Of a DNA stretch of 58,704 nucleotides, positions 22,854 to 32,643 are shown in pieces. The position numbers and the translations under genes were made by a program. The DNA is from a virus, in IMG/VR virus record IMGVR_UViG_3300035494_000106, positions 1 through 58,704 of that record. One strand, 5' to 3'. Numbering within the stretch: the stretch's first letter is position 1; each line of letters opens with the position of its first letter. The notes under the pieces are model-generated. The model was not told where the DNA came from. It saw only the letters and a list, made by a program, of their open reading frames with translations, and did not search any database.

Positions 22854-24266
22854 ATGAGCAACGTGGTCCCCTTCCAAAACATGCAAGCCCCTGCCTTCCT
22901 GGCCCAGGTCAACCTTACCCCGGATCAGGTTCGCGCGATGAACGCAGCCGCAGCCGTCGGTACCGGCGGTGGCGGTCTGAACAAGATCAGCCTCAAGCAG
23001 TCCCGCTTCCGTATGGTCGTGGGTGGCCAGGAGCAGATCATCCCCTCCCTGTCGATCGACATGGTGCTGGTGCGCGTCAACGACGGCATCAACAAGACTT
23101 GGTACGAGAAGGACTGGAACCCGAACGAAGACGCCGGCATGCCGGACTGCTCCAGCGACGACGGCATCACCCCGCGCGCTGACTCTCCGAAGCGCCAGTG
23201 CGACACCTGTGCTGCCTGCCCTCGCAACCAGTGGGGCTCGAAGATCAATCAGGTGACCGGCGCCAAGGGCAAGCAGTGCCAGGACACCAAGCGCATGGCC
23301 ATCCTGCCGCCGGGTCCAGACGGACGCTACGCATCCAGCGACAGCCTGTTCCAGCTGGCCGTGCCGCCGGCATCGCTCGGCGACTTCGGTGGGTTCGTGC
23401 GCAACCTGGCTGCCATGCCAACCCCGGCTGCGTACAACATGGTGGTGTGCGAGGTCTCGTTTGACCCTCAGGTCACCTACCCGAAAATCCTGTTCCGCCC
23501 CAAGCGCTGGCTCGACAACGACGAGTGGGAGCATGTCAGCAAGCTGTACGATGATCAGGAGACCAAGCGCGTAGCTGGCCTCGCTGAGGCCCAGACCATG
23601 CAGCTGACCAATGCGAACAACGTCGCGCCGCAGGCCCAGCCGCAGATGCAGCAACAGGCTCAGCAGAACTGGAACCAACCTCAGCAGCAGGTGCAGCCGC
23701 AGCAGAACTGGAACCAACCTCAGCAGCAGGTGCAGCCGCAGCAGAACTGGAACCAGCCGCAGCAGATGGCTCAGCAGCCTCAGGCCGTTGACCAGGGCGC
23801 CAACTGGAACCAGCCCCAGCAGGCCCAGCCGCAGCAGAACTGGAACCAGCCGCAGCAGCAGCCTCAGCAGCCGGTGCAGCAGCAGCCTCAGCAGCAGCCT
23901 CAGCAGCCGGTGCAGCAGCCGGTGCAGCGCGAACGTGGCAAGCCGGCACCTGGTCGTAGTCGTCGGACCAAGGAGGAGATGGAGGAAGACCGCCTGGCCG
24001 ACGAGCGCGACGCTATGATGGCGCAGCAGAACGCTCAGACCCAGCAGCCGGCGCAACAGCAGGCTCAGCAACCGCAGCAGAGCTGGGGCCAGCCGCAGCC
24101 GGTGGCTCAACAGCCGGTACAGCAGGCCCAGCAGATGCAGGTCGACCCGAACAACCCCTGGGCCGGCGCCGGTCAGCAGCCTCAGCAGACGGGGGCTCCG
24201 ATCCAGCCCAACGTCATGGGCGGTGACGTAGCCAGTGCCTTCCAGGGCTGGGACGATCCGCAGTAA
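22854..24266 (+). CDS. Putative ssDNA-binding protein with a Cys4 cluster and a long Q/P/N-rich linker
   Basis: C..SDDG..C.TC..CP.NQWGS, then QQNWNQPQQ repeats and an acidic tip, FQGWDDPQ, reminiscent of the SSB linker and tip. Inferred function. Confidence 0.75.
   Translation: MSNVVPFQNMQAPAFLAQVNLTPDQVRAMNAAAAVGTGGGGLNKISLKQSRFRMVVGGQEQIIPSLSIDMVLVRVNDGINKTWYEKDWNPNEDAGMPDCSSDDGITPRADSPKRQCDTCAACPRNQWGSKINQVTGAKGKQCQDTKRMAILPPGPDGRYASSDSLFQLAVPPASLGDFGGFVRNLAAMPTPAAYNMVVCEVSFDPQVTYPKILFRPKRWLDNDEWEHVSKLYDDQETKRVAGLAEAQTMQLTNANNVAPQAQPQMQQQAQQNWNQPQQQVQPQQNWNQPQQQVQPQQNWNQPQQMAQQPQAVDQGANWNQPQQAQPQQNWNQPQQQPQQPVQQQPQQQPQQPVQQPVQRERGKPAPGRSRRTKEEMEEDRLADERDAMMAQQNAQTQQPAQQQAQQPQQSWGQPQPVAQQPVQQAQQMQVDPNNPWAGAGQQPQQTGAPIQPNVMGGDVASAFQGWDDPQ
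23661..23765 (+). repeat. 39-bp tandem repeat (about 2.7 copies) encoding QQNWNQPQQQVQP
   Basis: 23661-23699 = 23700-23738 exactly; a third partial copy follows and a degenerate copy lies near 23833. Confidence 0.9.
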
Positions 24267-24272
24267 CCACCC

Positions 24273-24294
24273 ACGGGGCGCTTCGGCGCCCCGT
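24273..24294 (+). terminator. Hairpin terminator candidate after the SSB-like gene
   Basis: acggggcgc-ttcg-gcgccccgt, a 9-bp GC-rich stem with a tetraloop, 7 nt after the stop at 24266. The U-tract is weak. Confidence 0.45.
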
Positions 24295-24312
24295 TCCTAA
24301 GAGGATACCGCT

Positions 24313-24639
24313 ATGCTTTCGAAAGAAGAGTTCGCCGCATTCCTGGCGCTGCTACTGGCCTTTGCCAAGGCCAATGGGTTCTCGGCCGTCATGGTCGCCA
24401 AGGCGCTCGGCGTGAGCCACCAGACTACCGCCCGCTGGATCGCCGAGGCACGCCGCCTGGCCGCCGGCGAGGAGCCGAAGATCACTGCCTACACCTTCAT
24501 GGTCGAGCCCGTTGCCGAGAAGCTCAACCGACTTAACGAACTGAACGAAGCCAGCGGCCTGTACGCCGCTATCACGCGCGAGACTCCGCAGAAGAAACTG
24601 GAGATTCTTCATGGGGCACTGGACGGCCGGGCGCTCTGA
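24313..24639 (+). CDS. HTH DNA-binding protein (108 aa)
   Basis: VMVAKALGVSHQTTARWIAEAR. Confidence 0.7.
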   Translation: MLSKEEFAAFLALLLAFAKANGFSAVMVAKALGVSHQTTARWIAEARRLAAGEEPKITAYTFMVEPVAEKLNRLNELNEASGLYAAITRETPQKKLEILHGALDGRAL

Positions 24640-24670
24640 TAGACTCAAAGCGCCCGCGAAGGAGGCCCAC

Positions 24671-27600
24671 GTGGATACCCTAGAATTTCTCCGTTTGGTT
24701 TGGCCGTCCAATGGCCAGTATCTGATCCTGATCCCCATCCAGTTTCCAGACAAGGTGACCGGGAAAACGATCAAAAGTTTCAAGCACTTCGCATACCAGA
24801 CTATTGAGGAGGCCGCAACCGCCGCACAATCTCTAGCCAACGATCGGGACAACCCGGTCGACGTGTTCTTCGCCCTCGGCTCCGTCAAGGAAGACTTGAC
24901 CCGGATGCGCAAGGAAGACCGCGAGGCACTGGGCAAAAAGGTTCGAGGCGTGCACCGCAGTGGTCACGACAACACCTGCGAGGTGAAGGCGTTCTGGCTG
25001 GACCTCGACGTCAAGGCTGATCCTCAGGCGTACGCCACCCAGCCAGAAGCGGCTACGGCGCTGCGCGAGTTCTGCCAGGTTATGGGTCTGCCCAAACCAA
25101 TGGTCACTTCGTCGGGCGGTGGCCTGCACGTGTACTGGCCACTGACCGAAGCGCTGGACCCGGACAAGTGGCAGCACTACGCTTCTATCCTGAAGCAGTT
25201 GTCAGATAGCTGGGGGCTGCGTGCCGACCCGTCCAGAACAGCAGACCGCGCGAGCGTCCTGCGGCCGGTAGGCACCCACAACTGGAAGACCGGTGCGCCT
25301 CGCACTGTGCAGGTCGTAATGGCCAGCCAGCCTGTGTCGACCGACGCGTTCCTCCAGCGACTGGCCTACCTCGTCGAGACGATGAACCTGCCGCCGGTGC
25401 AGCCGCCGCGCCACCAGCTGAACGTTGCGCAGGGGATGGTGCTGCCTGGCACCCCACTGGCCGGAAACCCACTGGCTGCGGCCGTGGACGTGGCAGCGAT
25501 GAACGAGGCGGCTGCGGCCGGCGCAGGCTACGAGCAGGCGGACCCGCGGGAGGTGGTTGCCAAGTGCCCGCAGCTAGCCTGGCAGGCGGCGAACCAAGCG
25601 GCTGTGCCCGAGCCACTCTGGTACGCCATGATCGGCTGCCTGCGCCACGCCAAGGACGGAGCCAAGGCGGTGCACTTCATGTCGAGGCAGAGCCCTACCT
25701 ACGACGTGATCGTCACCGACATGAAGCTGCAGCAGCACGCAGACGGTGGGTTCCCGCCAAGCCTGTGCGCCACGTTCGAGCACCATCGACCAGGCGGGTG
25801 CGACGGCTGTCCGTTCCGCGGCAAGATCAAGACACCGCTGCAGGTTGTGCGCAAGCTCGAGCAGGTGGCACCGCCGGTGGTTCAGCTGGCCGCGGCTGCC
25901 GGCACCGTGTCGATCGCACTGCCTCCGCCGCCCCCGCCGTTCAAGCGGGTGGTGAACCCTATGACCGGGACCGCGCGGATCGCAATGACGGTCGGCGACA
26001 AGAACGGGGTCGAGGAAGATATCGTCCTGTACGAGTACGACCTGTACCCGTCGCGGCTGATCTTCGACGAACGGGAGAACCGCTACAACGTGGTGGTCCA
26101 CCGGTGGCTGCCCAAGGACGGCTGGAAGGAGTTCGATATCCCGACCGGCAAGCTGTATGACCGCAAGCAACTGGCCATGACGCTCGGCGACATTGGCGTG
26201 ATGCCCGACCTGGGGCATGTGGAGGAGATCGTGCAATATCTCGTTGGCTACATCCGCGACCTGCAGAAAGTAGCTGCAGCGTCGACGATCTACGCTCAGC
26301 TGGGCTGGCGCCCGGAGATGGACAAGTTCGTGCTGCCAGACCGGATCATCACCGCCAGTGGCGTGGAGCCGATCACGGTCAGTCGCAACATCACCAACGC
26401 GCTCAGCTGGATGGAGCCGCGTGGCGACCTCGAAGTGTGGAAGCGCGTAGTGGCTGCGTACGAGCGCCCTGGCATGGAGGCCCACCAATTCGGCTTCGGC
26501 GTGGGGTTCGCGTCGCCACTGTTCGCGTTCACCAACTTCGGCGGCATGCTGGTATCCATGATCGGCGAGCGCGGCGCGGGCAAGTCGTCCTCAGCCATGT
26601 CGGCGAACTCGATCTATGGCCACCCGAAGATGGGCTGGGCTGACCGGGAGAACGACACTGCCAGGGCGTTCGTGCAGAAGCTGGGCGTGCTGAACAACCT
26701 GCCGGCCACCTACGACGAGCACACCAACCTCGACGGCGACATGGTGTCGGACCTGTGCTACATGGTCTCGAAGGGTCAGGGGCGCCAGCGCCTGCAGCAG
26801 AACGGCGACGCCGCGCAGAACCACGGCAACTGGCACCTGATGATGCTGATGACTGGCAACCGATCCCTGAATGCGCGGCTGGCCACAGCCAAGGCTGACA
26901 GCTCGGCAGAGGCGGCCCGGGTATTCGAGTACACGGTCCCACCGCAGACCATGAGCAAGGCCGACGCCGACCTCAACTGGGGACCGGGCGGTCTGATCTT
27001 CGACAACTTCGGCCTGGCCGGCGAGCCGTACATTCGGCACGTCATCCAGAACCAGGCTTGGGCGAAGGAGCGGGTCAAGTACTGGGTGCGCGAGGTGGAT
27101 GCCGCCGGCAACGTGAACAGCGGCGAGCGCTTCTGGTCAGCCGGCGTGGCGTGCGTACTGACTGGGTTCGAGCTGGCCAACCAGTGCGGGCTGACCAACG
27201 CCGACATTGGCCGGCTGTTCACCTTCGCCATCCGGGTCATCCACAGCATGCGCGCCGAGGTGGAGGAGAACACTCGTAGCCCGATCGGTCTGGTGTCCGA
27301 GTACATCAACTCGAACCTGCGCAGCATGATCGTGCTGACCAGCGACGCGAACACTCAGGGGTTGGCTCAGGTGCAACACGCGCCTACCAGCGACCGGCTG
27401 CGGATCAGGCTGGAGCGCCACACTGGGCGGCTGTACATCGACCGGGCTGACTTCCGCCGGTTCTGCGCCAAGGCACAGATCGACCCGAACACGGTGCAGC
27501 GCGAGCTCACGAACGCCGGTGTGCTGCGGGCCAACGCCACTCGTATCGTGCTGGGTCGGGACACGGTGTTCCGCACGGCGCAGACGATGTGCTGGCTCCT

Positions 27601-27697
27601 CGACGCCAACGCTCCGGCGCTGGCTGGCGTTGGCGACCTGTCGGCGGTGGCGACTGCTCCGGCACCTCAGCCTCAGCCAGCGGCGACGACGCCGTGA
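24671..27697 (+). CDS. Primase-polymerase (prim-pol) fused to a P-loop replicative helicase
   Basis: FWLDLDVK (DxD), SSGGGLHVYWPL, Walker A GERGAGKS and Walker B-like ATYDEH. GTG 24671 follows AGGAGG; an ATG at 24611 is an alternative. Confidence 0.9.
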   Translation: MDTLEFLRLVWPSNGQYLILIPIQFPDKVTGKTIKSFKHFAYQTIEEAATAAQSLANDRDNPVDVFFALGSVKEDLTRMRKEDREALGKKVRGVHRSGHDNTCEVKAFWLDLDVKADPQAYATQPEAATALREFCQVMGLPKPMVTSSGGGLHVYWPLTEALDPDKWQHYASILKQLSDSWGLRADPSRTADRASVLRPVGTHNWKTGAPRTVQVVMASQPVSTDAFLQRLAYLVETMNLPPVQPPRHQLNVAQGMVLPGTPLAGNPLAAAVDVAAMNEAAAAGAGYEQADPREVVAKCPQLAWQAANQAAVPEPLWYAMIGCLRHAKDGAKAVHFMSRQSPTYDVIVTDMKLQQHADGGFPPSLCATFEHHRPGGCDGCPFRGKIKTPLQVVRKLEQVAPPVVQLAAAAGTVSIALPPPPPPFKRVVNPMTGTARIAMTVGDKNGVEEDIVLYEYDLYPSRLIFDERENRYNVVVHRWLPKDGWKEFDIPTGKLYDRKQLAMTLGDIGVMPDLGHVEEIVQYLVGYIRDLQKVAAASTIYAQLGWRPEMDKFVLPDRIITASGVEPITVSRNITNALSWMEPRGDLEVWKRVVAAYERPGMEAHQFGFGVGFASPLFAFTNFGGMLVSMIGERGAGKSSSAMSANSIYGHPKMGWADRENDTARAFVQKLGVLNNLPATYDEHTNLDGDMVSDLCYMVSKGQGRQRLQQNGDAAQNHGNWHLMMLMTGNRSLNARLATAKADSSAEAARVFEYTVPPQTMSKADADLNWGPGGLIFDNFGLAGEPYIRHVIQNQAWAKERVKYWVREVDAAGNVNSGERFWSAGVACVLTGFELANQCGLTNADIGRLFTFAIRVIHSMRAEVEENTRSPIGLVSEYINSNLRSMIVLTSDANTQGLAQVQHAPTSDRLRIRLERHTGRLYIDRADFRRFCAKAQIDPNTVQRELTNAGVLRANATRIVLGRDTVFRTAQTMCWLLDANAPALAGVGDLSAVATAPAPQPQPAATTP

Positions 27698-27981
27698 GGA
27701 TCACCAACCACGCGAGGAAGCGGTGGCAGGAGCGCCACCCTTCCCTCGACATGCACGCAGAGCTGGCGGCAGCCAGGCGCCCTTCCAAGCGCCTACGCTG
27801 CCTGCTGGAGTTGCCGACCCATGCCGTGCCTACCAAGCTCCGGGCGGCGCGGCGCTACCTCATAACTGACAACGACGTGGTGTTTGTGCTGGACGGCGCC
27901 GACGTCGTCCTTACGGTGCTGCGCCTGGGCGAGGCCAAGCGCCGCGCCCGGAGCATGCGCAGGCGGGAGAAGTCAAACTAG
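27694..27981 (+). CDS. Hypothetical basic protein (95 aa), last gene of the + arm
   Basis: GTGA coupling with the primase stop. ITNHARKRWQER is faintly DUF4258-like (not verifiable here). Its 3' end overlaps the convergent gene by 9 nt. Confidence 0.55.
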   Translation: MRITNHARKRWQERHPSLDMHAELAAARRPSKRLRCLLELPTHAVPTKLRAARRYLITDNDVVFVLDGADVVLTVLRLGEAKRRARSMRRREKSN

Positions 27982-29016
27982 CTCGAGGGTACTCACGAAC
28001 CGTGTCCAGAAGGCGCTGGGCGGCTCGACTCCTGGCAGGTAGAACCCGAAGGGCTGGCCGTCGTCGTACTCGGCCGGCATAGCCACGCTGCTGCCAACGA
28101 GCGTCTCGATCGCTTGGCCAACGTCGAAACCTGCGGGGGCTGTGCTCTGCAGTGCGGTCGCCTCCTTGTCCAGGGTGTAAACGAGCGAGCGGCTTGCCGA
28201 GTAGATCATGGCCGCCTGATCGGTGCGGTACAGGTAGAACGGGCCAATATCCAGTCCGGGCGTACCCGTTACTGACGACGGCGTATAGAAGTTGACCGTT
28301 GCGCGCTCCACCGCCGGGGCATGCCGGAGCAGGCGCGCCGCCAGCATGTACAGTTGCCCGGCCGGGAACAGTTCAACCGGATCGCCCGAGCGCCACGACC
28401 ATTTGCTCGGGATGCTGGGGAACACCCCGGTATTACTCAGCGGCAGCGGCCCGAATACGTCCGCCCACGCCCATTTCCACATGTCCCCGTCGTGCCATGC
28501 CACCACCCCGTACAGCCCTTCGGTCGTATGAACCCACGACATGCGCGCGCCCTCGACAGAGCCCACCATGGGGCGATCGCCCAGAGAGTAGGACGCGCCC
28601 GTGATCGCCACGCCATCCCACCCGTACAGCACCGTGGTCAGGTACTCGGAGCCCTTTTCGACAAATACCTTGACGATCCCAGCAGCCGTTGGTACCAGAT
28701 CGAACAGCATGGCACCGTCCATGTACAGCCCGAGGCCTGCCAGCGGTGAGTCGTCACACACGACGTAGGTGTACTCCGGCGCATCCGCCGGCGAGGCGCT
28801 GACTGCACTCCACACGAGGCCGTTGAACAGCGGGTCGTAGCTGACCACCAGATCGCCGTAGGGGCGCGGCATGTCGCCGACCGAGACCTGACCAATGCGT
28901 TCAACGTCGCCCGCCGCGTCCTTGAGGTAGGCGTACATGTCCCATTGCAGGTCCGGGTAATCGGGGGTCAGGTGTGACCCAATGATGTGCAGAACAGCAG
29001 ACGGCGTAGCAGGCAT
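27973..29016 (-). CDS. Virion/tail-associated protein (347 aa), last gene of the late arm
   Basis: ATG 29016 lies 2 nt after the upstream stop. The N-terminal extension of the ORF track is not used. Confidence 0.7.
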   Translation of the reverse strand: MPATPSAVLHIIGSHLTPDYPDLQWDMYAYLKDAAGDVERIGQVSVGDMPRPYGDLVVSYDPLFNGLVWSAVSASPADAPEYTYVVCDDSPLAGLGLYMDGAMLFDLVPTAAGIVKVFVEKGSEYLTTVLYGWDGVAITGASYSLGDRPMVGSVEGARMSWVHTTEGLYGVVAWHDGDMWKWAWADVFGPLPLSNTGVFPSIPSKWSWRSGDPVELFPAGQLYMLAARLLRHAPAVERATVNFYTPSSVTGTPGLDIGPFYLYRTDQAAMIYSASRSLVYTLDKEATALQSTAPAGFDVGQAIETLVGSSVAMPAEYDDGQPFGFYLPGVEPPSAFWTRFVSTLELV

Positions 29017-29017
29017 A

Positions 29018-29968
29018 TCAGATGCTCTCGATCTGGGCCACGAGGGTACCGGCTGCGCTGGCCGCGCCGCTGGCAATGTTACCGAACGCCTGGGCTACCT
29101 GCCCCACTGCCGGCAGGCCGGCGCGCAGGATGCTGGCGGCTTCCATCTCGCGGTCGTCGCTGCGCAGGTCTGCGTTAAGTCCGGCCTTGGCGGCTTCGAG
29201 CCTCAGCTGTTCGAACGCCACCTCGACGTTGTGGTAGTTCGACAGCGCGGCGTAGAAGGCCGACATGGCCTGCGCTCTGATCCTGGCGCGCTCAATGTCT
29301 CGGTCTGGCACTGCGAACCACATCTGGTAGAAGCGGGCCATAGCGTCCATGATGCCCAGCTTCAGGCGGATCGCCTGCTCCTCGGCGAACTTCAGCAGCT
29401 CCAGCTTGATCTCCGCGTCCTTGATCGCCTGGGCGATGTTGACCTCGGCGATGGCCTGGTCGGCGTCCGACTCCGCCTGCGACAAGGCAGCCACCAGCGC
29501 GCCCGGCGGGAGCGAGAACCCGCGGGAGGAGAAGGACGCTTCCAGCGAGCGCATGGACGAGTTGGCAGAACGGTACGCCCGGTCTCGAGCCTGGTGCCAC
29601 ACGATCTCGAAGACGGTCTTGTCCATACCGAACGGCTTGGTGCCGCTGATCACGCCACACAGCCAGTCCTCTGGTAGCGTGCGCAGGCACTGGTTGATAG
29701 CCGGGAAGTACTTCTCGATCCAGGCATCGGCTTCGTTGTTCAGGCGGATGATCTCAGGCGCAGTGCTGTTGCCGTTCTCGAACAGCTCACTGAACTTCGG
29801 TGCCGGCCCCAGAGAGGGGCGGTTCACGCTGTGGCGAAACTTGGTGTCCGGCGCGCGCACGGAGTTGAACGCACCTATCCAGCCACGCGTGTTCTGGGCC
29901 TCCGCCAGCGCCCGCTGCGCGATCTCCATGAGGCTGTTCGTCGTCGTTTCGTATTCGGTGCTGGCCAT
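29018..29968 (-). CDS. Virion-associated helical protein (316 aa)
   Basis: Tightly packed in the late operon. Confidence 0.75.
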   Translation of the reverse strand: MASTEYETTTNSLMEIAQRALAEAQNTRGWIGAFNSVRAPDTKFRHSVNRPSLGPAPKFSELFENGNSTAPEIIRLNNEADAWIEKYFPAINQCLRTLPEDWLCGVISGTKPFGMDKTVFEIVWHQARDRAYRSANSSMRSLEASFSSRGFSLPPGALVAALSQAESDADQAIAEVNIAQAIKDAEIKLELLKFAEEQAIRLKLGIMDAMARFYQMWFAVPDRDIERARIRAQAMSAFYAALSNYHNVEVAFEQLRLEAAKAGLNADLRSDDREMEAASILRAGLPAVGQVAQAFGNIASGAASAAGTLVAQIESI

Positions 29969-29970
29969 GT

Positions 29971-32643
29971 CTATCCCTCAGCGGGTGGTTGCCTCAGTAT
30001 ATACCGTGGGTCGGACGAACTGTCTCCGACCCGCCCCAGCACGTGGAGGCCGAGCGACGGCGTCCCGTTATAGGCGAACTCTTGTCCCAACGAGTTGCGC
30101 ATAGACGTGGACGTGGCGTCGTAGAGCAGCTCCCACGTGGCGCCGCCATCGACCGACGTCAGCACCTGGCCGATCTCCTCGGCCTGGCCTCGCCGCAGCG
30201 TGAGGCACGGCTGCTGGACCACCGCACCCTCGGCGTCCTTGATCTCGAACTGGTAGCAGCTCAACGCCAAGAACATGCCGATCTGCTGGTTGCCGTCGTC
30301 AGGCAGCGTAGCCACCACCTGGGCAGTGCCCGTGGTGGCGGAGAACCTGCACACCACGGCGTCGTAGTACCGACTGGAGGAGATGAAGCGACGCCGGTGC
30401 AGCACGAACATAATGTCGGTGTCGCTGACCTGCGCGAAAGTGTTCATCTCCATGCCGGCGGTTACGAACTCGTCGGCGTAGAAGTCAAGCAGCTCGAAGT
30501 CATTGTCGTCCGCCAGGCTGAACATCCCCAACTGCTGGCGGCGTTGCGCGTTAACGGTGGAGCCGAACCAGCGCATGGGGTCCAGCAGGGCGTTGCCGTA
30601 CTTGGCCTCGGTGATCGGCTCTATGTTGCCACCCAGCGCGCGGGTGTCGACCACATGCTTCGCCCCGTCGACGATGAACCACAGCTCCTCGTACTTCGCG
30701 CGGTCCGGGTATGGGCCGAACTCCCGGTCGGTGTAGAAGACTGGTCCGCCTACCGAGCTGTTCTCGCGGCCGAGGTAGTCGACCGTATAGGGCATCGGCA
30801 CATTCACGCCGATCATGCTGAGGGCCGAGGCCAGGTACGGATTGCGTTCGTAGCGCACAGCGCGCACGGCGTACGTGCGGCGGGTACCAAGCACACAGCT
30901 GTAACGGACCTGCGGCAGGAAGGCGACAGCTGGGTCCATGCCGGAGCCGAACTGTGGGCAGTCAGCCGGACCGATCACGTCGTGGAAGGCTGACGTGACT
31001 GTGAACGAGTTGGGGTTGGCAATGCTGGTCCGCACGAACACCAGCCCAGTCTTCGCCACGGCCAGCAGCGCTTCGGTAGGCGCAGTCGGCTGGTCCTGGG
31101 TGGCGCGGCGGCTGGAGTCGACCGGCACTAGGGCGTTGTCCAGCGACTTGAACGCCACGGCGTACTCTACCTCGTCCCCCACCAGCGTGGTGTAGACGGC
31201 GCCGAAGACCGCAGGCATGGGGTTGTCACTGTCGATCAGCGGGATGTACGCCTCTGGCGCTGTGCCCATCGCCCACGTACCAATGGCCTGGCGAAACATG
31301 GCGGACCGAGCGGCCACAGTGCCAGGCTGGAACCAGGCCGGTAGATCACTGAGGCGCACGCGCGTGCCACTGACCCAGTCCATGGCGCTAGACCCTATGG
31401 ACGGGTACCCGTCAGGGTACGGGATGCCCTGGGCATCTAGCGGAAAGCCGGCGCGGCTCCTGTCAGTGCGCTGCACATAGCGAACGTCCGGCGCCGCGTC
31501 TACGCTGTATCGGAACCAGTTGTCGTTCTCCTCCGGCGTCACCGGCGTCGGTGCGAACTTCATAAGCACCAGTTCTGGGTGGCCGGCCGCTGGTACCAGC
31601 GCGGCGCCGACCTCGTAGAACGCCGAATAAACGAGGGACCGCGCCGACACGTAGCCGACCTGCGCATTGACGCCGTCTGGCGTAACGGACCCATGGAGAA
31701 GAAACAGGTCGTCATCCAGGCGGAACATCGGCGCGGCCACCAGAGCCTCAGTTCCGTTGTAGGCGATGCCAGGCAAGCAGTTCTGGCGGTACGCCAGGTG
31801 CGACTCGCGCGTAACGATGTGGGCGTACGTCGGGCCTACGCCGCCCTCATATTCGTCAGGCAGCAGGCGCGGAGTAGGTGTATCCCCCACGCGCAGCCAT
31901 GGATGGTCCGCCGGCTCGCCCGTGAGGTCGGTACGCTGGGCTGCGCCGATGAACAGTAGAGTGGCTCCAAGCCTGGCGCTGACCCAATCATCTTGCACCT
32001 GCACGGTCCACGAACCACGCGGGCTCCAGTGGGTGATCTGTAAGCTGGCGCTGATCAGCCGGAACCGCGTCAGCCACGGGGCGATGCCTATGCTGTTCTG
32101 ACCTGGGACGAACGAAGCCAGGGCGCCACCCACCCACGCGTGACTGACGCCGTAGCGCGCCGTATCCAGCTTTGCCCCAGGAGCATAGAAACCTGCGTAC
32201 GGACCGTCCAATAGCGCCGTGGTCGATGTGTGGTTCACGGCGCGGCTGGCGTCCCGGTCGCGGAACTTGGCCTGGTTCATATACCCGCTGAAGCGTGGAA
32301 GCCCCGTTCGTTGGCCGTCCGCTGGTCGGTCAGGATCGTACTGGCTCGGCGGCAGCCGCCCGCCACCAGCCTTCAGCCGCACGCTCGTAGGCAGCCGCCA
32401 CTGCTCGGTCTGGCTGTTCGTCTGCTCGTAGATCATGGCCACGCCCCACAGCGCGACCAGGCGGACCCCCAGCTCCACGGCCGTGGCTACGTTGAAATCC
32501 GCCTTGCCGGCGATGGTGACGATGTAGCCACGGAGCACGAACGACTTGGCCGTGCCCGTCGCTACTAGCCGCCCTACCTGAATAGCTCTGCGACGAACAA
32601 CCGGGTCTGGCTCGCCGGCGAACCGGACGATGACCCGCTTCAT
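29971..32643 (-). CDS. Large virion structural protein (890 aa)
   Basis: ATGA coupling at 32640-32643. Beta-rich composition; no enzymatic motif seen. Confidence 0.8.
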   Translation of the reverse strand: MKRVIVRFAGEPDPVVRRRAIQVGRLVATGTAKSFVLRGYIVTIAGKADFNVATAVELGVRLVALWGVAMIYEQTNSQTEQWRLPTSVRLKAGGGRLPPSQYDPDRPADGQRTGLPRFSGYMNQAKFRDRDASRAVNHTSTTALLDGPYAGFYAPGAKLDTARYGVSHAWVGGALASFVPGQNSIGIAPWLTRFRLISASLQITHWSPRGSWTVQVQDDWVSARLGATLLFIGAAQRTDLTGEPADHPWLRVGDTPTPRLLPDEYEGGVGPTYAHIVTRESHLAYRQNCLPGIAYNGTEALVAAPMFRLDDDLFLLHGSVTPDGVNAQVGYVSARSLVYSAFYEVGAALVPAAGHPELVLMKFAPTPVTPEENDNWFRYSVDAAPDVRYVQRTDRSRAGFPLDAQGIPYPDGYPSIGSSAMDWVSGTRVRLSDLPAWFQPGTVAARSAMFRQAIGTWAMGTAPEAYIPLIDSDNPMPAVFGAVYTTLVGDEVEYAVAFKSLDNALVPVDSSRRATQDQPTAPTEALLAVAKTGLVFVRTSIANPNSFTVTSAFHDVIGPADCPQFGSGMDPAVAFLPQVRYSCVLGTRRTYAVRAVRYERNPYLASALSMIGVNVPMPYTVDYLGRENSSVGGPVFYTDREFGPYPDRAKYEELWFIVDGAKHVVDTRALGGNIEPITEAKYGNALLDPMRWFGSTVNAQRRQQLGMFSLADDNDFELLDFYADEFVTAGMEMNTFAQVSDTDIMFVLHRRRFISSSRYYDAVVCRFSATTGTAQVVATLPDDGNQQIGMFLALSCYQFEIKDAEGAVVQQPCLTLRRGQAEEIGQVLTSVDGGATWELLYDATSTSMRNSLGQEFAYNGTPSLGLHVLGRVGDSSSDPRYILRQPPAEG

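Noticed and set aside
20793-24110. 1105-aa ORF on the minus strand, the longest 'extra' ORF in the early arm
   Set aside because: It lies antisense to the well-supported SNF2 helicase, 22242 gene and SSB-like gene. The translation is an R/L/H/G-rich low-complexity string with no motifs. It is the typical stop-poor shadow frame of GC-rich coding DNA.
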